60,528 nt of DNA from Pseudomonadota bacterium (GTDB lineage: Bacteria > Pseudomonadota > Gammaproteobacteria > Pseudomonadales > Halieaceae). Both the position numbers and the translations under genes were made by a program. The stretch spans positions 1-60,528 of the forward strand of contig JBCCQO010000001.1 in the NCBI GenBank assembly GCA_039024595.1, given 5' to 3'. Each line of letters opens with the position of its first letter. The first letter of the stretch is position 1. Of this stretch, positions 19,487 through 28,512 are shown piece by piece. The notes under the pieces were generated by a model. The model saw only the letters and a program-made list of their open reading frames with translations. It was not told the DNA's origin and made no database searches.

Positions 19487-20053
19487 CTAATCGGCGAGCC
19501 GAATCGCACAGCGTTCCTCGGCCAGAAACGCTCGAATGTCCTTATCGACCTGAAAGCTCTCTTTGTATTCCTCCATTCGTTCCGTCGCGTAGCGCCGGAG
19601 TCTTCGTCGTCGTAGCGCGCTGGCGAAGCGCCGGATTTCTTCCGGGCTTTCCAAGATCAATGGCGGAACACTAGCCTTTCTGCCTTCCGGGTCTTTCGCG
19701 ACCATAGTGAAGTAGGAGGTGTTGGTGTGTTTACTCGTACCGTTCTGCACGTTCTCGGCGATTACCCTAATACCGACCACGAGCGAGGTAGAGCCGACGT
19801 AGTTAACCGAAGCATTCATGGACACCAGGTCGCCAACCTCGGCGGGTTGCAGAAAGTTCACATTGTCTACCGAGACGGTTACGCAGTAGTTACCGGCGTG
19901 TTTGCTGGCGCAGACATAGGCAACCTTGTCCATCAGCGAAAGCAAGGTGCCCCCATGTATTTTGCCGCCGAAGTTCGCATACGCCGGAATCATCAGCTCG
20001 GTGAGGGTGGTCTGTGAGTAGCTGACTGGGTGCCCGCTCTGTTCTGTGCTCAA
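19487..20053 (-). CDS. Acyl-CoA thioesterase (hotdog, YciA-like)
   Basis: P..AN..G.IHGG.LL..MD, VTVSVD.V.F, VG.TS, YFTMVA. Confidence 0.92.
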   Translation of the reverse strand: MSTEQSGHPVSYSQTTLTELMIPAYANFGGKIHGGTLLSLMDKVAYVCASKHAGNYCVTVSVDNVNFLQPAEVGDLVSMNASVNYVGSTSLVVGIRVIAENVQNGTSKHTNTSYFTMVAKDPEGRKASVPPLILESPEEIRRFASALRRRRLRRYATERMEEYKESFQVDKDIRAFLAEERCAIRLAD

Positions 20054-20080
20054 AAGTGCGTTCCTTCCTGATTAAGTTTA

Positions 20081-20653
20081 CTAGCTGCCAGAGTCCGGGG
20101 CCGATGATGCGCGAGCCTCGAAACCGCTCGTGGCTAGCTCAGAAATTGGTGCGAAACTCTCGTTTGGGATAAGAATCGTCAGCGAGTAATGGGCGATTTT
20201 CCATTCATCGCCCTGCCGTACCAGAACGCCCGTACCTCGGAAGCGCCCCCAGCGCTCTGAGACCATGATCTCGTCGAACCAGGCGGTAGTGTTGCCGTCG
20301 GCAAACGCGACGTACCGGTCCTCGGAGCGATAGCTCCAGCCAACCCCTCCTTCAAATCGTTGCGCGACGTATTGCCTGAAGTCGTCAAGCGGCCAGCGCT
20401 CCCAATCGTCGGTGCCCATAAATACGCCGTTGTCGGCGAAGTGGTCCAAGTAGCGCTGCTTATCTGCAGCGGCAGCCGCCGCATGAAAATCGTCCAGCAG
20501 TCGATGGATAGACTCTTCGTCAGTTTCTGGATCGGCGTGGATGCCCAGTGTTAGTAACCCGGTCAGCAGCGTTACTGCGGCGGTCGCAAGCATTCGGTGT
20601 TGGATCATCATCAAGGTCTCCATGGAGTCGTATCCAGGCTGAAGGGTCCGCAC
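20081..20653 (-). CDS. Exported SnoaL/NTF2-like protein
   Basis: Signal peptide; LDDFH.AAA.AD...Y, F.GTD..E.W, AWFDE, RGTGVL, WKI.HY.L. Confidence 0.85.
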   Translation of the reverse strand: MRTLQPGYDSMETLMMIQHRMLATAAVTLLTGLLTLGIHADPETDEESIHRLLDDFHAAAAAADKQRYLDHFADNGVFMGTDDWERWPLDDFRQYVAQRFEGGVGWSYRSEDRYVAFADGNTTAWFDEIMVSERWGRFRGTGVLVRQGDEWKIAHYSLTILIPNESFAPISELATSGFEARASSAPDSGS

Positions 20654-20772
20654 CTTAGTCGGCTTTCCCTCTCTGGGACAACCATTGTCGCGCTAGGCAC
20701 TGCTGAACGCATTGTCTACACAAGTTTCGCTGTGTACGTAGGTGCAAGCGCCGCGCTGCGCCAGCATTTAAT

Positions 20773-20806
20773 GCGACCTTCTTGGCGACTTTTTTGGCGA
20801 CCTTAG
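20773..20806. repeat. Imperfect 12-bp tandem repeat GCGACYTTYTTG, about 3 copies
   Basis: GCGACCTTCTTG GCGACTTTTTTG GCGACCTTAG in a ~500-bp intergenic region. Confidence 0.75.
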
Positions 20807-21181
20807 CTACTAATATTTGCACTGGTCTGGGAGGACGCTACCAGTGCTTACTCAGACGGCAACCATCGCGGTATGGTCTGGTAGCGCTCAATAAATCTCG
20901 TCACAGCGGTATGAACAGAACAGCCCACCGGCGCAGTGCTATTGCGCTATCAGGATTTGGTGTCATCAGATCTCGCTGCGAGTCCAAAGATGGTTGCTCC
21001 ATTGCAGCAGAATGATTAGTTTTTATTACATCTGGTTATAACAACGTATCAGGTGTCGAGCATGGGCAGCTTTGACCGCATACAGTCCCGTGTTGCGCAG
21101 CTTCGATTTCCTGACTCTTGCATGATCCTCTGCTGCCGGGTCGCCGTATAGACACAACACATGCACCGGGGGGCATGCGAA

Positions 21182-21727
21182 ATGCTGAAGCTATCACGCT
21201 TGTCAGCTCTTCTTGTAGTGGGTTCATTACTGATCTCTTTCGAGGCCTTGTCTGCTTGTCCTGATTATTTGGATCAGGACATGAGGCGACTGCACTCGAA
21301 AGACGACGTTAATCTTTGTGCGGTCACGAAGGGACGCCCGGCGCTTCTGGTCAATACGGCCAGTCACTGTGGTTACACGCCGCAGTTCAAGGGCCTGGAA
21401 TCGCTCCATCAGACCTACAAAGAGCGCGGGTTGGTGGTTATTGGCTTCGCCAGCGACAGCTTCAATCAGGAAGCTGCGAGCGAAGAGAAAGCTGCCGATG
21501 TTTGTTTTGTCAATTTCGGTGTCAGTTTCACCATGTTGGCCCCCACTTCTGTGAAAGGCGACGACGCAAACCCGGTGTTCAAGGAACTGTCCCGTCAGTC
21601 GGGGCAGCCCAAGTGGAACTTCAATAAATACCTAGTTGATGGCAATGGCACAGTGGTAGAGCATTTCGATAGCGGCACTCGGCCGAATAGTCGCAAGCTT
21701 ACCGAGGCCATTGAAACGGTGCTCTAA
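21182..21727 (+). CDS. Glutathione peroxidase family protein with signal peptide
   Basis: LVNTASHCGYTPQ, F.S..FNQE, PKWNFNKYLVD; active site is Cys (TGT), not Sec. Confidence 0.93.
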   Translation: MLKLSRLSALLVVGSLLISFEALSACPDYLDQDMRRLHSKDDVNLCAVTKGRPALLVNTASHCGYTPQFKGLESLHQTYKERGLVVIGFASDSFNQEAASEEKAADVCFVNFGVSFTMLAPTSVKGDDANPVFKELSRQSGQPKWNFNKYLVDGNGTVVEHFDSGTRPNSRKLTEAIETVL

Positions 21728-21760
21728 ATCCGCGGCTCACATGGCTTCGACCAGGACGCT

Positions 21761-21871
21761 TTGCGGCGCGTACTGCGCCGCATAGGCTTCGGTCTATTGC
21801 TCGCTGGCATTTTCGTAACCATGGCGCTCGCTGCACAGGCTGTCGTAGGACGATCCCTGTTCGGCTACTGA
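21761..21871 (+). CDS. Putative 36-aa single-TM small protein (below the ORF-track cutoff)
   Basis: AGGA then TTG start; MRRVLRRIGFGLLLAGIFVTMALAAQAVVGRSLFGY has a basic N-terminus followed by a hydrophobic helix. Confidence 0.45.
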   Translation: MRRVLRRIGFGLLLAGIFVTMALAAQAVVGRSLFGY

Positions 21872-21954
21872 GGCGATGTTTACCCCGACCCGGTTTATCA
21901 ACCGGGCGCACACGAGCGCCAGACTGCCGTGCTCGCCATCCTGCATACTCAACG

Positions 21955-22488
21955 TTGCTTTTCCTTGTCTTCGGCCTGTGTCTGCCAGTTCTCGCCGCAG
22001 CTCAGACCGTTTACAAATCGATTGAGGACGGCGTTACTACCTTCAGCGATGTCCCCCCGTCCGACGGGCCAGCTGAAGTGCTCGAGCTCAATCTACCGCC
22101 AGACCCCAATACGTCGCTGCTTGAGGATCGGCTCGCAGCCATGAAGACATCGACTGATCGACTGGCGCAGTCCCGTCTTGCTCGTGAGCAGCAACGTTCT
22201 AATGAGCGGCAACGGCGACTCGATGACCTGAATCAGGGTCAATACGGGGCAGGTTGGCCGCCCGCCGAACCGGTAACTTTCGTGACCCAACCGTTTCTAC
22301 CCTATCGGCCATGGCTGCCTTATCGGCGCTTTCGACCACCGTCTGAAAAAGCGCCATTGCCTGCCGATCCGCGCTATCGCACCCAGACGAGGTACCCTGC
22401 GGCGTCGCACACGCTTCCCCCAGGGTGGTCGGTCCTTAAACCGGGTAACCAACAGTTAATGCGGCCCATCGTTTCTCGACGTAACTGA
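21955..22488 (+). CDS. DUF4124 domain exported protein
   Basis: Signal peptide then VYK..DG..TFSD.PP; coiled coil; Pro-rich tail. Confidence 0.8.
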   Translation: MLFLVFGLCLPVLAAAQTVYKSIEDGVTTFSDVPPSDGPAEVLELNLPPDPNTSLLEDRLAAMKTSTDRLAQSRLAREQQRSNERQRRLDDLNQGQYGAGWPPAEPVTFVTQPFLPYRPWLPYRRFRPPSEKAPLPADPRYRTQTRYPAASHTLPPGWSVLKPGNQQLMRPIVSRRN

Positions 22489-22622
22489 CTGGTTTGATGG
22501 CCCTGGACTCGCTCGCGGTCATAGTAGTCTGGCGATCAATACCCCCAGGGCGAACGATTTTCCCGCCCGTAGTCCGAGAGTCAGCGCCCGGGGAACGCGA
22601 GCTACCAAGCGCCTCCCGGGCC

Positions 22623-23654
22623 CTAGCCGAAAAATGCGGTGACGCGCTCTATGGTCCAGAACGCCGCAGTTGTTCCCACCAGGTAAGCCAGCGCCTGTCG
22701 AGTACGCGCTGACGCGATTGGAGTCCAAGCTCGGAAGATCAGGAACACCACCAAAAGCGTCGCAACGAAGGCGAGTTGCCCTAACTCCACGCCAAGGTTG
22801 AAGGTCAACAGCGCTAGAACGATGGCTGTTTCTGGCAGACCTATTTCGCCTAGAGCACCGGCAAAGCCAAGCCCGTGTAGCAGTCCAAAGAGCAAGGAGG
22901 CGGCCCACGGAAAGCGCGATGTCAGAGTTGGCTCTCCCCCTGCCTCGCGAACCACCTCAGCGGCAACAAACACAATGGACAGGGCAATCACAGCTTCCGT
23001 CGGTGGACCGGCGATTCGCAGCGAACCTAATGCAGCGCAAATGAGGGTAACCGAGTGGGCAACGGTAAACGACGTAATCGTCCAGATTAGCCTTCTTAGG
23101 TTCCGCACCAGCAACATCAGGCACACAACAAAAAGCAGATGATCGGCGCCCGCCAGAATGTGTTCAAATCCCAGCACCAGATAGGAAACGCTAATGTCCG
23201 ACATAGACGGCGTTCCGAGCACAACAAATTCCGCGCTCTCCGGCGTCAGGCGCTCGATCTGTACGCTACCGTTGCGCCACAGCACGCGCACTACGAGATC
23301 GGTTGCTGTGCCTAACAGTCCGTCGAAGCGAATGCGCTCTCCTTCCAGGCCGGTAGGAGCGTAGATGGAGAACACTTCCTGAAGCATGTTTGCAGGAAAG
23401 GTAATGTCGCTAGGTTCATCCACCGAGATGGACTCGGGAAACACTGGCCTCGCCCGAACACTGCGGTTGCCCCCCAGCGGTACACGCCAAATCACCGAAA
23501 AGTGTTTTTCGTCGAGTTCTTTCAGCTCAAAGTAGGCGGGCCGAAAGATGTCGGCGAGTGCTGGCAGGCTCGTTATCCCGAGAGCAATGCACGCACACAG
23601 CCACAACGCATTGGAGCTACAGGCAGAAAATCGTTTCGACGCATCGAGTTGCAC
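22623..23654 (-). CDS. HupE/UreJ family membrane protein
   Basis: GFEHIL.G.DHLLFV, FTVAHSVTL, E.VIALSI, FGLLHGLGFA, FNLGVELGQ. Confidence 0.92.
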   Translation of the reverse strand: MQLDASKRFSACSSNALWLCACIALGITSLPALADIFRPAYFELKELDEKHFSVIWRVPLGGNRSVRARPVFPESISVDEPSDITFPANMLQEVFSIYAPTGLEGERIRFDGLLGTATDLVVRVLWRNGSVQIERLTPESAEFVVLGTPSMSDISVSYLVLGFEHILAGADHLLFVVCLMLLVRNLRRLIWTITSFTVAHSVTLICAALGSLRIAGPPTEAVIALSIVFVAAEVVREAGGEPTLTSRFPWAASLLFGLLHGLGFAGALGEIGLPETAIVLALLTFNLGVELGQLAFVATLLVVFLIFRAWTPIASARTRQALAYLVGTTAAFWTIERVTAFFG

Positions 23655-23737
23655 CCGGAGATTGTTTGCCTGAGTTGATGGTAGGGAATGCTCACGATGC
23701 TATGCTTCGTGCCCGAATTTGTCATGCAGGAACCACG

Positions 23738-26700
23738 ATGTACCGCGCTGCTCTCTCTCGCCTTTTGATCTCTCTCCTTCTGCTCCTGTCTTCTGTCGCC
23801 ACCCTTGGGTCACTTCAGGTCCATGCTCAGGCACCAGAGGAACCGGCGAATCCCTATGCCGGTATGGAGTGGCGCAATATCGGTCCAGGCTTTATGTCGG
23901 GCCGAATAGCAGACATTGCCTGGGATCCCAGCGATTCAAGTGTCTGGTACGTGGCGGTGGGTTCCGGCGGTGTCTGGAAAACGACCAATGCCGGTGTGAC
24001 CTGGACACCGATTTTCGATGAGCAGCCGGCCTATTCGATCGGTTCGGTGGCGGTTGACCCCTCTAACCCCAGCACCGTGTGGGTAGGGACCGGGGAGAAC
24101 GTCGGTGGCCGACACATCGGCTATGGCGACGGCATCTATCGCTCAAACGATGGAGGCAAAACCTGGACGAACATGGGTCTGGCCGACTCGCAACATCTCT
24201 CCACGATCATTGTTCACCCCACGAACTCCGATGTGGTTTGGGTAGCCTCGCAAGGTCCACTTTGGACCAAAGGCGGTGATCGGGGTCTCTATATGACGAA
24301 GGATGGGGGCCAGACCTGGACAAAGACGCTGGGTGGTGGCGAGTGGACTGGTGTTACCGATGTGGTGGCCGACCCGCGCGACCCTGCCGTGATGTACGCG
24401 GCTACCTGGCAGCACCATCGAACCGTCGCGGCCTACATGGGTGGAGGCCCGGAATCCGGCCTGCACAAGTCGGTGGATGGCGGGGAAACCTGGACCAAGC
24501 TGAAAACCGGCCTGCCTAGCGGCAACATCGGCAAGATCGGTCTCGCAATTTCGTCGCAGGATCCGGATGTGGTGTATGCGGCGATCGAACTCAATCGCCG
24601 CGCAGGGGGGGTATGGCGGTCCAATGATCGCGGTGCCAGCTGGGAAAAGCGCTCTGATGCCGTCGGAGGTGGCACTGGCCCCCACTACTACCAGGAGCTT
24701 TTTGCGAGTCCGCATAAGTTTGATCGGCTTTATCTCGTCGGACCTACCGTGCACAAATCTGAAGACGGTGGGACGACGTTCGAGCCCATGCCGCACCCCA
24801 GTCAGCATGGCGATATGCACGAAATCCTGTTCGATCCCGCTGATCCTGACTACATCATGATGGGCACAGACGGAGGCGTCTATGAGAGCTTCGATCTGGG
24901 CGACACCTGGCGTTTCATGGGTAATCTGCCGATCACGCAGTACTACAAGTTAGCGCTCGACGACGCGGAGCCGTTCTACACAATTTACGGCGGCACTCAG
25001 GACAACAACACGCAGGGCGGACCCTCGCGGACTGACAATGTGCACGGTATTCGCAACTCGGACTGGCGGGTCGTCCTGGGTGGGGATGGCCACCAGCCGG
25101 CGACCGAACCGGGCAATCCGGACGTGGTTTATGCCGAGTGGCAACAAGGCAACCTTACCCGGGTAGACATCCCTACGGGTGAGACCGTGTACATCAAACC
25201 TCAGCCGGCACCCGGTGAGCCAGCGGAGCGCTTCAATTGGGATGCGCCGATCCTGGTGAGCCCGCATAAGGCAACGCGTCTTTACTTCGCGTCGCAGCGG
25301 GTATGGCGATCCGAGAATCGTGGCGATGAATGGGCTGCTATTTCCCCAGACCTGACACGCAACGAAGATCGCATGGTGATGCCGTTGATGGATCAGACCT
25401 GGAGTTGGGACGCGCCCTGGGACATGTTTGCTATGTCTAACTACAACACCATCACGTCCCTTGCCGAGTCACCCGTTGTGGAAGGCCTCTTATATGCGGG
25501 TACCGACGATGGCCTCATCCAGGTCTCCGAAAACGGCGGTGGCAGCTGGCGACAGATTGAGGTTGGGTCACTGCCCGGAGTACCGAGCACCGCATTCGTG
25601 AATGACATCCGTGCCGATCTGCACGATGCCGATACCGTGTACGTCGCGCTCGATAATCACAAGTACGGGGACTTCTCACCGTACTTGCTGGTGAGCCGCA
25701 ATCGCGGACAAAGCTGGACCAGTATCAGCGGGACCTTGCCGGAGCGGCACCTGGTGTGGCGTCTGGTGCAGGATCACGTACGCGCTGACCTGCTATTCGC
25801 AGCGACGGAGTTTGGTGTGTTCATGACTCTGGATGCAGGAGAAAACTGGCACAAGCTGGCGGCCGGTATGCCGACGATTCCGATCCGGGATCTACAGATC
25901 CAGCGGCGTGAGAATGACCTCGTCGCTGCCAGTTTTGGGCGTGGTTTTTTCGTGCTGGACGACTACTCGCCTCTGCGCGCTCTTGAGACCGATACTCTCG
26001 AAAAAGAAGCTGTTCTGTTCGAGTCGCGTGACGCTTTGTGGTACTTCCAGCGTGGCGTTCTGGGTTCCACTCGGCGAGGAACTCAGGGCGACCAGCTGTA
26101 TGCCGCTGACAATCCGCCCTTTGGTGCAGTGCTGACTTATCATCTGGGCGAAGGCTTTCCTACGCTCGAAGCAATTCGCCAGAAAGCGGAAGGAGAAGCG
26201 CTCAAGGCCGGCGACCAGGTAAGCTTCGTAGGGTGGGAGGCCGTCGAGGCCGAGCGTCGTGAGCAGGAGCCGAAACTGCACATAGTGGTGCGGGACTCTG
26301 GCGGTCAGGTGGTGCGGCGTATTGATGCGCCCGCCGCTAAAGGGTTCCACCGCGTGGCCTGGGACTTACGTCATCCCTACTATGGTTCGGTCGAGACACC
26401 CAACAACTGGCAGGGATTGCCCCCGAGCGGATTTCTCGCGCTACCGGGAACCTACTCCGCGGAGCTTGTTCTGATTAAAGACGGTGAGAGTCGCGTGCTG
26501 GCAGATCCGGTGAGCTTCGAAGTGAAGCGTCTGTACGAGCCAGCCCTGGCTGGGGCGGATCTTGCGGAAGTCGGCGCGTTCTGGAAGGAGTATGCGACGT
26601 TGTCCGGTCAGGTAAGCGGAGCTCGTTACGCTCTGGAAGATGCCGTGGAATCTGTGGCGACTATGCAGAAGATGCTTGCTCTAACAGCGGCAGCTCCCGG

Positions 26701-27022
26701 CGAAATGGACGCCACGCTGCATCAGTTGCGTCAGGAGCTCTACGATATTGATCAGGCGCTTACCGGTGATAAGTCCCGAGATGCGGTTGGCGATTACGAT
26801 GCGCATCACGTGACTGACTGGATGGCCCACGCCTACAGCGGTGTAGCGAGATCAAGCTACGGACCCACACCTTCACACCGTCGGTCCTTTGGGTTTGCGA
26901 AAGAAGCCTTTGCGCCTCTGCGGGCGCAGTTGAATGAGATCATCGAAACCAAGCTTCCGATGATCAGGCAGCAGCTTCTGGAAATGGGAGCGCCCTGGGG
27001 CGCGGGACAGAAGATCCCCTAG
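23738..27022 (+). CDS. Large exported BNR/Asp-box (VPS10/sortilin-like) beta-propeller 'glycosyl hydrolase'
   Basis: WR.IGP..SGRI, repeated S.DGG.TW Asp-boxes, GGTQDN, signal peptide; AGGA RBS before ATG 23738. Confidence 0.9.
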   Translation: MYRAALSRLLISLLLLLSSVATLGSLQVHAQAPEEPANPYAGMEWRNIGPGFMSGRIADIAWDPSDSSVWYVAVGSGGVWKTTNAGVTWTPIFDEQPAYSIGSVAVDPSNPSTVWVGTGENVGGRHIGYGDGIYRSNDGGKTWTNMGLADSQHLSTIIVHPTNSDVVWVASQGPLWTKGGDRGLYMTKDGGQTWTKTLGGGEWTGVTDVVADPRDPAVMYAATWQHHRTVAAYMGGGPESGLHKSVDGGETWTKLKTGLPSGNIGKIGLAISSQDPDVVYAAIELNRRAGGVWRSNDRGASWEKRSDAVGGGTGPHYYQELFASPHKFDRLYLVGPTVHKSEDGGTTFEPMPHPSQHGDMHEILFDPADPDYIMMGTDGGVYESFDLGDTWRFMGNLPITQYYKLALDDAEPFYTIYGGTQDNNTQGGPSRTDNVHGIRNSDWRVVLGGDGHQPATEPGNPDVVYAEWQQGNLTRVDIPTGETVYIKPQPAPGEPAERFNWDAPILVSPHKATRLYFASQRVWRSENRGDEWAAISPDLTRNEDRMVMPLMDQTWSWDAPWDMFAMSNYNTITSLAESPVVEGLLYAGTDDGLIQVSENGGGSWRQIEVGSLPGVPSTAFVNDIRADLHDADTVYVALDNHKYGDFSPYLLVSRNRGQSWTSISGTLPERHLVWRLVQDHVRADLLFAATEFGVFMTLDAGENWHKLAAGMPTIPIRDLQIQRRENDLVAASFGRGFFVLDDYSPLRALETDTLEKEAVLFESRDALWYFQRGVLGSTRRGTQGDQLYAADNPPFGAVLTYHLGEGFPTLEAIRQKAEGEALKAGDQVSFVGWEAVEAERREQEPKLHIVVRDSGGQVVRRIDAPAAKGFHRVAWDLRHPYYGSVETPNNWQGLPPSGFLALPGTYSAELVLIKDGESRVLADPVSFEVKRLYEPALAGADLAEVGAFWKEYATLSGQVSGARYALEDAVESVATMQKMLALTAAAPGEMDATLHQLRQELYDIDQALTGDKSRDAVGDYDAHHVTDWMAHAYSGVARSSYGPTPSHRRSFGFAKEAFAPLRAQLNEIIETKLPMIRQQLLEMGAPWGAGQKIP

Positions 27023-27049
27023 CTGATGCTTCAGGAAGGCCTTGGGGGC

Positions 27050-27097
27050 TTCTCCACAGTGGTCGAGCAGCCTTTGAGGCGCTCACCGTGTGGAGAA
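27050..27097. terminator. Long imperfect hairpin between convergent genes
   Basis: TTCTCCACA...GAGC.GCCT-TTG-AGGC.GCTC...TGTGGAGAA; no U-tract. Confidence 0.5.
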
Positions 27098-27140
27098 CCT
27101 CCATGGGGTCACTATCTGTCGGCTTGGGCCGTACTAAAAA

Positions 27141-28463
27141 CTAGTGCGCCTTCGCTAAACCATTGAAGCTCAGATTTAGCACAACTGCGCAGACGGCACC
27201 AAGAGTAATCGGGTTGTTCAGTATGTCTGCCGCTGCTTTGGGTAAAGCAGAAAAATAAATTGGATTTGCCACTACCAGCATTGCTGCACCCAGAGAGATG
27301 CCGACAGTCAGCACATTGCCCGTATCGTCGAAGTTCACTTTCCGCAAGGTTTGAATGCCCGTCGCGGCAATCGATCCAAACAACACAAGACCACACCCTC
27401 CCAGCACCGGCAGCGGTATGTTGGCCACCACCGCCGCAATTTTGGGGGACAGGCTGATGGCAACCAGCATCACGCCCATGATCGCAACGACGTAGCGACT
27501 GCGTACGCCGCTCACGCGAATCACTCCGATGCTCTGAGAAAAGGTCGTAAAGGGAAACGCGTTGAACACTCCACCCAGCATCGTGGCGAGCCCTTCGGCG
27601 CGCAGCCCTGCTGCGAGACGCCGCTGATCGACGGTTTCTTCGCACACCTCACCAACTGCGAGATAGTCTCCCGTGGACTCCACCATGGTCACGAGCATTG
27701 TGACAGTCATGGCCGAGCAGGCGGCAACCGTAAATGTGGGTGCGCCAAAGGCAAATGGTAGTGGGAGGCTCGCCCAGCCCGCATCGGTGACACTATTGAA
27801 ATCCGACATCCCCATTAGGGCACCCGCAATACTGCCAAGTACCAGGCCGATCAGAATGGCTGTTCTCGAGAAGAAGCTGTTGCCCAGGCGCATAACGATC
27901 AAAACGAGTATCAGCGTGCCTAACCCCAGCGCAATCTCGGGAACCTGGGTCTGCTGAGCACCAAAGCCCCGGCCCCCACTCAGCCACATCACCGCAACGG
28001 GCAGCAGGCTCACGCCGATCACCGTGATGACAGTGCCGGTAACCAATGGTGGGAAGAAACGCAGTAACCGGCTCCAGGAACCCGCCAGCATCAGGCATAC
28101 CGCTCCACCGACGATCGTGCCTCCAAACATGGCCGTGAGATCGCCATCTGCACCAATGGCGAGCAATGGCGGTATGACTGCTACCGTGGTGCCCTGGACT
28201 ACAGGCAGTCTCGTACCAATAAAAGACCCGATACCCAGGCATTGAATGAGCGTGGCAATTCCGCTGCCGAACAGGCCAGCCGCTACCAGGTAGGTGGTTT
28301 GTTCCTGAGACCAGTCCAGGGCCGATGCGAGCACAAGCGGCGCAATAATGATGCTGGCGTAGGCGGCCAGCAGTTGCTGGAAGCCCAAGGGTACGCTCCA
28401 GCGCAGCGGCAGCCATTCGTTGACCGCGTCCTGCTGATTCAGATTGTTCGCGACTGTTTCCAA
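27141..28463 (-). CDS. Nucleobase:cation symporter-2 (NAT/NCS2) permease
   Basis: G.RLPVVQG, FPP.VTG.V, ES.GD, F.QSIG signature, P.PVLGG. Confidence 0.93.
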   Translation of the reverse strand: METVANNLNQQDAVNEWLPLRWSVPLGFQQLLAAYASIIIAPLVLASALDWSQEQTTYLVAAGLFGSGIATLIQCLGIGSFIGTRLPVVQGTTVAVIPPLLAIGADGDLTAMFGGTIVGGAVCLMLAGSWSRLLRFFPPLVTGTVITVIGVSLLPVAVMWLSGGRGFGAQQTQVPEIALGLGTLILVLIVMRLGNSFFSRTAILIGLVLGSIAGALMGMSDFNSVTDAGWASLPLPFAFGAPTFTVAACSAMTVTMLVTMVESTGDYLAVGEVCEETVDQRRLAAGLRAEGLATMLGGVFNAFPFTTFSQSIGVIRVSGVRSRYVVAIMGVMLVAISLSPKIAAVVANIPLPVLGGCGLVLFGSIAATGIQTLRKVNFDDTGNVLTVGISLGAAMLVVANPIYFSALPKAAADILNNPITLGAVCAVVLNLSFNGLAKAH

Positions 28464-28512
28464 AGTAATCTCACTGTCTTTTCAGTGGCGTTTGCTGTCC
28501 TCAATCTGTCAT

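Noticed and set aside
21355-21385. Selenocysteine in the glutathione peroxidase
   Set aside because: The active-site codon is TGT.
24143-24820. Long antisense or alternate-frame ORFs (also 15186-15818, 27793-28416, 30322-30873, 49921-50463)
   Set aside because: Shadows of well-supported genes in GC-rich DNA.
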